Positions 56,909-64,000 of a stretch of DNA of 64,000 nucleotides are shown piece by piece (the first letter of the stretch is position 1; each line of letters opens with the position of its first letter). The DNA comes from Thermoplasmata archaeon (GTDB lineage: Archaea; Thermoplasmatota; Thermoplasmata; Thermoplasmatales; Thermoplasmataceae): contig JAKAAY010000004.1 of NCBI GenBank assembly GCA_021802055.1, positions 16,177 to 80,176 of the forward strand, read 5' to 3'. Under the pieces are notes generated by a model. The model was not told where the DNA came from, did not search any database, and saw nothing but the letters and a program-made list of their open reading frames with translations. The translations under genes and the position numbers were made by a program.

Positions 56909-57379
56909 AATGTATAGTATCCATTCCGGCAGATAGGTGTACGGGTAGAACGTCGGAGGAATTATGGTCATCACCACTGACAGTATCATTGCCACAATGA
57001 TTACAAGTATTCCAACGGGATTGAATATCTGGAATATGGACCCCAGGATTGCATAGAGGATGATGCCTGGAGAAGCAAATACCGCTCGCTCAGGGTGAGA
57101 CCTATCATGTAATCGGCTGATGAAACCGACGTCGCGACGAACAGCTCCTGGATCCTGAGCTGTAGCCGCATGAAAGCTGCATCGCCAGAACTCTGGAGGG
57201 CAACGGAGGCTATCAAGGTGAGAAAACCTCCTGCGATCGCGTAATGCACCAGCTCACCGTGGCTCAGCACGAATACCAGGAACAGCAGGGTGAGTGGGGT
57301 GCTTATATTGGCAATGAGGTACGATGGCCCGCGTGATATTATCCTGAAACCGTAGTACCAGGCAAAAGTGAAGATGAAT

Positions 57380-58219
57380 CTAAGGTTCAATTTCCACCCC
57401 ATGGAGTATGAACAGATCGTCCAGTGACACCTGCCTGACCATATTGCCCGATTCCACGTACTTCTGAGCACTTTCCATGCCCACATATTTAATGGATATG
57501 CCTCCTATGGTCAGATCCGGGTCCGTAATTCGTGATCCCTCCACTCTGACTTTGCCCTTGAACCTCTTCATGAGTTCACCGACCGTTCCCCTTTCAAGCA
57601 CTCTGCCACCCTCGATGAGAACCACAAGGTCGGAAAGCTCCCTCGCTTCCTCCATGTAGTGGGTTGTAAGTACAATATTCCCTTTCAGTTTCCTTATGGC
57701 AGACCACACCTCCATGCGGAAAATGGGATCCAGGCCTGTGGTGGGCTCGTCAAGAAATACGAGGTCTGCATTGGCGGCAATGGCCATGGCCACGAAAACC
57801 TTCCTTTTTGTACCGCCGGACAGCATATCGGTTGGGGTGTTGCGGAAACTTATTATATCCAACTCCTCCATTGCTTGCCTGGCATCGGTATCCGCATCAT
57901 GCAGCGACAACCCCCTGCCCACAAGGTAGAGTTTGATCATTTCTGCCGGCGTCATGATGCCAACCGGGGCAGCCTCCTGCGGTATGCTGACGATGAATTT
58001 CCTGATCTTTCTGGCTTCCTGCATGACGTCAAAGCCGTTTATTGTGGCCTTTCCTGACGTAAGGGTAAGCTGGGTGGAGAGAATCCTCACAAGGGTCGTC
58101 TTCCCCGCTCCGTTTCTTCCGGTGATGGAGGTCACCCGGTCCGAGAGCGACAGATCAATGCCTTTCAGAGCCTGAAAACCGTTTCTGTAAATTTTCTTCA
58201 GGCCATTAGCTTCAATCAC
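57380..58219 (-). CDS. ABC transporter ATP-binding protein (ABC-2 subfamily)
   Basis: GRNGAGKTT, LSGGTKRK, VFLDEPTTGLD and TTHYMEE. It lies immediately upstream of the disrupted permease. Confidence 0.9.
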   Translation of the reverse strand: MIEANGLKKIYRNGFQALKGIDLSLSDRVTSITGRNGAGKTTLVRILSTQLTLTSGKATINGFDVMQEARKIRKFIVSIPQEAAPVGIMTPAEMIKLYLVGRGLSLHDADTDARQAMEELDIISFRNTPTDMLSGGTKRKVFVAMAIAANADLVFLDEPTTGLDPIFRMEVWSAIRKLKGNIVLTTHYMEEARELSDLVVLIEGGRVLERGTVGELMKRFKGKVRVEGSRITDPDLTIGGISIKYVGMESAQKYVESGNMVRQVSLDDLFILHGVEIEP

Positions 58220-58345
58220 TACTTCTGCACCCTTATGGGGTTGTGAAGGGCCAACGCCTTAAATTATTATTGGTTCGCGGGTATTTTACTGAATTTTTAG
58301 CCTTCAAGTGAAGAATTGATTAATACCTTGAAGAAATTGGTATGC

Positions 58346-59428
58346 ATGGAACAGGTAATGGCACTGGTGACAAACGCCCCCTCAGGAGGGGTCAATTCCA
58401 GGAAGGTAAACATCACGGGAGAGTCAGGCGATCTTGTCCTGCAGCCCATATATACGGGGATTTGTGGAACTGATCGGGGCATTATCGCGGGAGCACTGCC
58501 ATTTGCATACAATCCCCAGGGGTACGACTTTCTTGTCATGGGGCATGAGTCCATCTGCAGGGTTGTTGAGTCAGATATCCCGCTCTTCAGGACGGGGGAT
58601 CTGGTGGTACCCATGGTGAGGCGGCCAGGGCGATGCCTCAACTGTTCGGCAGGCAGGCAGGACAACTGCTCGGATGGTGACAAGCATGAAGCCGGAATAA
58701 CGGGCAAGCATGGGTTCATGAGAGAGCAATTCAGGGAGTCATCAAGGTATGTCGTCAGGGTGGACGACAGTTCCATGGAGAGGACAGGCGTGCTCACCGA
58801 GCCCACCAAAAACGTGATGAAACTGTTCGAGGTCTTCAACGTCGTCTCGGGGAGATCCATCTACCCAACGCCTGAATACTCGCTGCAGGGGAAGCATGCA
58901 TGGATCATCGGCACAGGATCTGAAGGGTTCCTGTTTTCGTTCATGGCCAGGGAGCAGGGGTTCGATACCGTCATGACCAACCGTCACAGTGTGGATGAAG
59001 GGAGGTTGAAGATCATGGATCAGTTCGGAATTGATTTTGTAGACTATTCCAAGGACTTTGACATCACGGTCAAGGACATTGACCTGCTCATCGATACGAG
59101 TGGCGATCCTTCCACGATCCTCAGGTTCGCACAGAAGGTGCGATTCAACGGGATCGTATTTCTATTCGGCACCAACGGGAGAGCGCCTGACGGGGCATTG
59201 TCGGGGGCCTTCGTGGACCATCTGGTGGAGAAGAACATCACCATTGCCGGCTCGGTCGACGGAGCCAAGAGACATTACGAGCAAGCCGTATCCTACATTT
59301 CAAAATGGACCCATGAGCACCCCGATGCCATGTCCTCTCTCATTACTGGTGAAATGCCGGCAACCTCGGCTGACCCCTTCAAACGCGGCAACTCGGAAAG
59401 CATCAAGACCATAATTTCCTGGAAGTGA
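58346..59428 (+). CDS. gdh: Glucose 1-dehydrogenase (zinc MDR family, Thermoplasma type)
   Basis: By recollection it is collinear with Thermoplasma acidophilum GDH: GICGTDRG, GHES, VVPMVRRPGRCLNCSAGRQDNCSDGDKHEAGITGKHGFM, LTEPTKNVMK, ITIAGSVDGAK. Confidence 0.8.
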   Translation: MEQVMALVTNAPSGGVNSRKVNITGESGDLVLQPIYTGICGTDRGIIAGALPFAYNPQGYDFLVMGHESICRVVESDIPLFRTGDLVVPMVRRPGRCLNCSAGRQDNCSDGDKHEAGITGKHGFMREQFRESSRYVVRVDDSSMERTGVLTEPTKNVMKLFEVFNVVSGRSIYPTPEYSLQGKHAWIIGTGSEGFLFSFMAREQGFDTVMTNRHSVDEGRLKIMDQFGIDFVDYSKDFDITVKDIDLLIDTSGDPSTILRFAQKVRFNGIVFLFGTNGRAPDGALSGAFVDHLVEKNITIAGSVDGAKRHYEQAVSYISKWTHEHPDAMSSLITGEMPATSADPFKRGNSESIKTIISWK

Positions 59429-59432
59429 GCGC

Positions 59433-60278
59433 TTGGACATCGACTGCAGGGCCATTGCGCAATCCCTGAAACTTAATCTCATGCAGCAGTCCCTGGTGCT
59501 CGAAGAAGACATGGGGATAGTGCCATCCCTGGTATCCGTATCAGTGAACAGGACCGGGGATTCGTCCGCCTATGTCAGAAGCAAGAGGAAACTTGCAGAG
59601 GAGCTTGGAGTGCAGTTCAGGGACATGGACTTGAAGGGAGCTACGGCTGCAGAGCTCGAGTCCCAGTTAAGAGATCTGTCATCGGATCCTTCCGTACATG
59701 GAATCATGATAGAGTCTCCTCTTCCCGGGGGTTTTGATTTCCAGAAATTTGCCGACATGATTCCGGCAGCCAAGGACGTCGACGGGCTGAGCACGGAGAG
59801 CCAGGGGCTCATCGCAGTGAACCGTGAATTCATGCGTCCGGCGACTGCATACGCCATCATCAAGATCCTGGAACACCTCAATGTTCCAGGAGGGAGCTCC
59901 GTGACCATAATAAACAGGTCGAAACTCATTGGAAGGCCACTAGCCATGATGCTTCTGAACAGGGATTATACGCCCACCGTCTGCCACAGCAAGACCATTG
60001 ATCTCCAGAGGATTGCGCGATCCTCAGGAATTCTTGTCACAGGTGTGGGTAAGGCCGGCTTCATCACCAGTGATTATGTGACCGAAAATACGGTGCTCAT
60101 CGATGCATCCATCAACTTCAGGAATGGGAAGATCACAGGTGACGCTGATTATGAAAACCTCAGGGACCATATCATGGCCATCACGCCTGTGCCTGGAGGG
60201 GTGGGGGCCATCACTCCAGTCATGATATACACAAACCTCATTGCCTCCCTGATGGAACGCAGCAGGATCTCTCACTGA
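59433..60278 (+). CDS. folD: Bifunctional methylenetetrahydrofolate dehydrogenase/cyclohydrolase
   Basis: SSAYVRSKRK, GRPLAMMLL and TPVPGGVGAITPVM. TTG start. Confidence 0.9.
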   Translation: MDIDCRAIAQSLKLNLMQQSLVLEEDMGIVPSLVSVSVNRTGDSSAYVRSKRKLAEELGVQFRDMDLKGATAAELESQLRDLSSDPSVHGIMIESPLPGGFDFQKFADMIPAAKDVDGLSTESQGLIAVNREFMRPATAYAIIKILEHLNVPGGSSVTIINRSKLIGRPLAMMLLNRDYTPTVCHSKTIDLQRIARSSGILVTGVGKAGFITSDYVTENTVLIDASINFRNGKITGDADYENLRDHIMAITPVPGGVGAITPVMIYTNLIASLMERSRISH

Positions 60279-60482
60279 TGCTCCAGTGCGAAACCCGCCC
60301 CGAAGCCAACGCATGTCCTCCCTTTCACTGGCCGGATTTGCCATCGCATGGAAACGCTGGGGTTTCAGACAATTGGGCTCCCTCATCACCCGTTTCATTC
60401 GACAAATTGGAATCAAATGAAGATGCCATCCGGGATTGATTCATAACAAAAAAAATATCTAAATCTCTGCATTCCAGCAATA

Positions 60483-61217
60483 ATGATTTTTTCAGCTGCC
60501 AAGATAACCGATGAAATCCTGAGTTTCATCTCTTCTCATATTGGCAGCAAGACAGCCGTTGTGGCCGTCAGTGGAGGAATTGACAGTGCGGCGGTGCTTA
60601 TGGTCGCCTCCAGGCTTGGCAGGGAAAGGATCAAGGCCGTATTCATGCCGGACTGCGTGACTCCCCAGTCTGACTACAGGGATATCGCGCTCCTCTCCGA
60701 CAGATCAGGCATAAGCATTGACATGGTGAATATTGATCCCATTGTGAGGCAGGTTACAGAACTGACGCGTCAGGTTGACCGCAGGGTGATCGGGAACGTA
60801 AAATCAAGGATCAGAATGACCCTGCTCTATGCCTTCGCAAACTCACTGAACGGGATGGTGCTTGGCACTACCAACAGGTCAGAATACCTGACGGGTTATT
60901 TCACTAAATTTGGAGACGGGGGATGCGATATAGAGCCCATCATGCACCTCTACAAGGGTGAAGTCCGCATGCTCGCGGAGTACCTCGGGGTACCTGAGAC
61001 CATCATCGCAAAAAGACCCAGTGCCGGTCTATGGGAAGGCCAGGCAGACGAGGATGAACTGGGTCTGAGCTATGACGAGCTTGACGGTGCCCTGAAAAGC
61101 GTCATTGATATGGGCAAACCTGCAGAATCCCCGGATGAAAGGAAGGCGATGGACCTTTTCAGGTCCACTGAGCACAAGCGGTCGGTTCCGCCGGCAATAT
61201 CCAGAAGGGTAAGCTGA
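60483..61217 (+). CDS. nadE: NH3-dependent NAD+ synthetase
   Basis: PP-loop VSGGIDSA and GTTNRSEYLTGYFTKFGDGGCDIEPI. Confidence 0.9.
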   Translation: MIFSAAKITDEILSFISSHIGSKTAVVAVSGGIDSAAVLMVASRLGRERIKAVFMPDCVTPQSDYRDIALLSDRSGISIDMVNIDPIVRQVTELTRQVDRRVIGNVKSRIRMTLLYAFANSLNGMVLGTTNRSEYLTGYFTKFGDGGCDIEPIMHLYKGEVRMLAEYLGVPETIIAKRPSAGLWEGQADEDELGLSYDELDGALKSVIDMGKPAESPDERKAMDLFRSTEHKRSVPPAISRRVS

Positions 61218-61218
61218 A

Positions 61219-62529
61219 TTGGCGCTAGTTTTGGGGGACTTCCTGGAACTGAGCCTGATTCTCATTATTGCTGCATTCGCAATACCCGTTTCAAGGAAGC
61301 TGTCCATCATTGACCTCCCGTTCCTGGTCCTTTTCGGGATAATCTTTGGGCCCGTGCTTGGAGTCATATCCCGGTCGTTTGGCATCTACCTGATGACGGA
61401 ATTCGGCGGCGTCGGGATAGGAATACTGGGAATTGCCATCATCCTCTATTCTGAAAGCCACAGCATCAATTTCAGGATCATCAGGCGAGAACTCATCAGG
61501 ATAATATCACTGGATTCGCTGGGGATGGTCGTAACCGCCATACTTGCCGGCTTTTTCTTTTCCCTCGTAACCGGTGCGCCACTTGTTATAGGGTTCATAT
61601 TCGGTGCCATAATCTCCCCAACGGACCCGGCCAGCCTCATTCCCATCTTCAGGAAGATGGAGATAAACGAGGAGGTCTCGGGCATCCTTGTGGGGGAGAG
61701 TCTTTTCAATGATCCGCTGGGCATAATTCTTGTGGCAATCGGGATTTCGCTGGTTGATCCTACCTCCTCTTACATAGCGCTCTTCAGTCTGATCCAGGGA
61801 AGCTTTGGCGTGATCGCAACCGTGCCTGTATATATCCTCATCCAGATAGCCGTGCCTGCGGCTCTCGGGATAGCCCTCGGCTTCCTTGTCATAAACCTCA
61901 ACAAGATATTCGGCTTTGACAACCTGCTTGTGGGCTTCCTGCTGGGTATCATTCTGCTGGAATTCACTCTCCTCGAGGCGCTGAGCTTCACGCCGTTCCC
62001 TGCAGTCATAGCCACTGGTGCCATTGTGGGAAATTACTCCGACAAGAGCATATTTTATGACAGGGAGGCCACGTTTCAGCAGAGCCTTTCTTTCCTCCTC
62101 AGGGCGATCATTTTCATCCTTCTCGGAAGCATCATGACAGGCGCAGACTTCACCGAATACTTCGCCATAGGCTTTGCCGCCGCCATGCTCGTGATATTCG
62201 TGGCCAGACCTGCAGCAGTCTTCCTTTCGCTGGGCGCCGTATCCAGGGTCCCATCAAAATTCAAGACGACCCGGAATGTCCAGCTTTTTATGGGACTCAC
62301 GGGGCCAAGGGGCGTAGTTTCTGTGGTTATGTCACTGCTCCCATACACCATAGGCGTGACAGAGAACATCCCCATCCTGATCAGGTGGGGGATACCCCTC
62401 TATGTGGCCACTTCGTTCGTTGTCATAATCTCCATCATTCTCCAGACCATCTATGTGCCATACATCAACAAAAAACTGCTGAACCCGGCTGTGATCACAA
62501 GAAGCAACAACCTGGCTTCCAACGAATAG
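61219..62529 (+). CDS. Cation:proton antiporter (CPA1/NhaP-type Na+/H+ exchanger)
   Basis: 12 or so TMs, with GAIISPTDPASL and GESLFNDPLGI typical of NhaP. Confidence 0.85.
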   Translation: MALVLGDFLELSLILIIAAFAIPVSRKLSIIDLPFLVLFGIIFGPVLGVISRSFGIYLMTEFGGVGIGILGIAIILYSESHSINFRIIRRELIRIISLDSLGMVVTAILAGFFFSLVTGAPLVIGFIFGAIISPTDPASLIPIFRKMEINEEVSGILVGESLFNDPLGIILVAIGISLVDPTSSYIALFSLIQGSFGVIATVPVYILIQIAVPAALGIALGFLVINLNKIFGFDNLLVGFLLGIILLEFTLLEALSFTPFPAVIATGAIVGNYSDKSIFYDREATFQQSLSFLLRAIIFILLGSIMTGADFTEYFAIGFAAAMLVIFVARPAAVFLSLGAVSRVPSKFKTTRNVQLFMGLTGPRGVVSVVMSLLPYTIGVTENIPILIRWGIPLYVATSFVVIISIILQTIYVPYINKKLLNPAVITRSNNLASNE

Positions 62530-62532
62530 GGC

Positions 62533-64000
62533 TCAGTATTCGGTTATTCCAAGTTCGCTCAGGACTCCGTCCCGATCCTTGTAGAATTTTATTATCATCC
62601 TGGTAACGTCCTTGTAAGTGTAGAATTTCTTCTCGATCATCTTATTGATGATGGTCTCCCTGAGATCGACCTCTCTCTCAAGATCCGCTTCAGACTTACC
62701 TATCCTTTCCGCAATACGGTTCATGGCATAGCTGAACCCTGAGAATGTAAAGTCGTCATTGACGTTGTTCCACTTGAATATGTTGTTGACTATGATGTCG
62801 TTCGTGGAGGGATCGAGCCCCGTGATCTCGGAGACGCTTGTCGCCCTTCTGACGATTTTTCCCTTGTAAGTAAGCTGGGACTGCATGATGATCACATCTA
62901 GTGCGGTGATCAGCGTCCTTGGGATGTTGATGGGTGGAGACTCAAGCCTGTGTATTAGGGTCTTCGGATCCTCTGCGTGGAATGTTCCGAATCCGTACCT
63001 GCCCGCGGACATGGCCTGGAAAACCGTGAATGCCTCCTTCCCCCTCACTTCTCCTATGATGATATAGTTTGGCCTCTGCCTGAGGGAGGCGGCCAGCAGA
63101 TCAAACATGTCTATCTCCCCGCCCCTCTTGCCTGTATCCCTGTTGAGGGCACCGAATCCCGGCCTGGTAACGCCTGCTATCCAGTTCTCATGGGGGATGT
63201 TAATCTCTCTTGTATCCTCAATGCTCACGATCTTCATCTGTGGGGGAATAAAGAGCAGAATGGCATTGAGCAGTGTTGTCTTCCCCGAACCGGTGCCTCC
63301 TGCAACCATCATGTTGGAGCCGTATTCCGTGAGAACCCATAGGTATCCAAATATTCTCGCAGAAACGGAACCCCCCATCACGAGGCTCACAGGGCTCAGT
63401 GGATTGCTCTTGAACTTCCTTATGGTGAAAGCCGGACCATTGTTCGTTATGTACCTGCCAAGCGAGGCCTGCAGCCTGGAACCGTCAGTGAGTGTCGCGT
63501 CAATGATTGGAATGGATATGGATATGTGCTTTCCCGAATTCTGAACCATTCTCTTGACATAGGTGTTCAGCACGTCTTCAGACCTGAAGATGACATTGGA
63601 AGGAATATATCCCTGTACCCTGTGGAAAATGTATACAGGAACGTTGGGAGCATCACATGATACGTCCTCTATGTTCTGATCAAGCATGAGCCCATTGATC
63701 TTATCAAAACCCACTATGTCTCTTTCCACGTAATACTTGATGACGATCATTTCGCTCTTTGAGCGGTCTATCTTCAGATCCTTGATGATGTGGGCATATA
63801 TCACCTCGAAGTCCTTCTTCTTGTCCTTGGAGGTCAGGGTCTCGTCTGCTACCCTGAAGTAGAATTCTGCCTTGATCTGCTCTATGATCTCTATGAGTTC
63901 ATCATCAACATAGGGTTCAATGAGGTGATACACCGTCTCCTTGGTGCCCCTGTCAACAAATACCCGGGAATATACCATTGATGGTACGATCTCGTCAAAT
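62533..64000 (-). CDS. Type IV pilus/archaellum assembly ATPase (FlaI/ArlI/PilB, GspE family), 5' end beyond the window
   Basis: Walker A VAGGTGSGKTTLLNA, Asp box SIEDTREI, Walker B IIIGEVRG and His box GTFHA. The frame stays open upstream of ATG 63978 to the window edge (FDEIVPS...). Confidence 0.85.
   Translation of the reverse strand, partial: FDEIVPSMVYSRVFVDRGTKETVYHLIEPYVDDELIEIIEQIKAEFYFRVADETLTSKDKKKDFEVIYAHIIKDLKIDRSKSEMIVIKYYVERDIVGFDKINGLMLDQNIEDVSCDAPNVPVYIFHRVQGYIPSNVIFRSEDVLNTYVKRMVQNSGKHISISIPIIDATLTDGSRLQASLGRYITNNGPAFTIRKFKSNPLSPVSLVMGGSVSARIFGYLWVLTEYGSNMMVAGGTGSGKTTLLNAILLFIPPQMKIVSIEDTREINIPHENWIAGVTRPGFGALNRDTGKRGGEIDMFDLLAASLRQRPNYIIIGEVRGKEAFTVFQAMSAGRYGFGTFHAEDPKTLIHRLESPPINIPRTLITALDVIIMQSQLTYKGKIVRRATSVSEITGLDPSTNDIIVNNIFKWNNVNDDFTFSGFSYAMNRIAERIGKSEADLEREVDLRETIINKMIEKKFYTYKDVTRMIIKFYKDRDGVLSELGITEY

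Larger units (their letters stand above)
55460..57402 (-). pseudogene. ABC-2-type permease gene, disrupted by the IS insertion and by a frameshift near 57081-57092
   Basis: N-terminal part: MGWKLNLRFIF...ADYMIGLTLSE. After a frame change: AVFASPGIILYAILGSIFQIFNPVGILVIIVAMILSVVMTIIPPTFYPYTYLPEWILYIL. C-terminal fragment at 55460-55621: GFWSISPVTPAAVLVQGYLG...LLTKWRET*. Removing 55622-56908 joins the last two in frame. Confidence 0.75.

Noticed and set aside
1-64000. Long antisense or out-of-frame ORFs from the track, for example 45-362(-), 572-1087(+), 12984-13619(-), 34771-35355(-), 39052-39585(-), 43352-44104(-), 58297-58860(-) and 63107-63544(+).
   Set aside because: Each lies wholly inside a strongly supported gene on the other strand or in another frame. 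They have low-complexity or Ser/Arg/Pro-rich composition and no motifs. These are typical shadow ORFs in roughly 47-50% GC coding DNA.
1-64000. CRISPR arrays, rRNA genes, and prophage or integrase signatures.
   Set aside because: I found no regularly spaced direct repeats, no 16S/23S/5S-like sequence, and no integrase, capsid or terminase-like ORFs on either strand.

Overview
Densely coding archaeal chromosomal segment. It looks Thermoplasmata/Thermoplasmatales-like: a Thermoplasma-type glucose dehydrogenase, EF-1alpha/S10/EF-2, ether-lipid genes, a sulfocyanin plus heme-copper oxidase operon, and TATA boxes about 25 nt upstream of many start codons, suggesting leaderless mRNAs. Most genes are housekeeping: rpiA, purS/purL, trm1, GGGP/DGGGP synthases, grpE-dnaK-dnaJ, pcn, queD/queC, mdh, folD, nadE, tRNA-Asp and tRNA-Arg. 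Four things stand out. (1) A tightly coupled four-gene module at 4233-7665 encodes a VirB2-like two-helix protein, a VirB6-like polytopic protein, a VirB3-like protein and a VirB4-like ATPase. No relaxase, coupling protein or integrase is visible, so it resembles the crenarchaeal Ced/Ted DNA-import machinery more than a conjugative element. (2) A seven-gene terminal-oxidase operon on the minus strand (24271-31108) contains a 524-aa sulfocyanin-like protein built of repeated cupredoxin modules, only one of which keeps the full type-1 copper ligand set. (3) A phosphosulfolactate synthase (ComA) fused to a winged-helix domain is divergent from an APS-reductase/ATP-sulfurylase pair. (4) One nearly intact IS200/IS605-type tnpB element is inserted into an ABC-2 permease gene, and three 3'-end tnpB relics explain several of the otherwise ORF-poor gaps. 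All four copies are on the + strand. No rRNA or CRISPR array was seen. Every functional call comes from motif recognition in the supplied translations; no database search was run.
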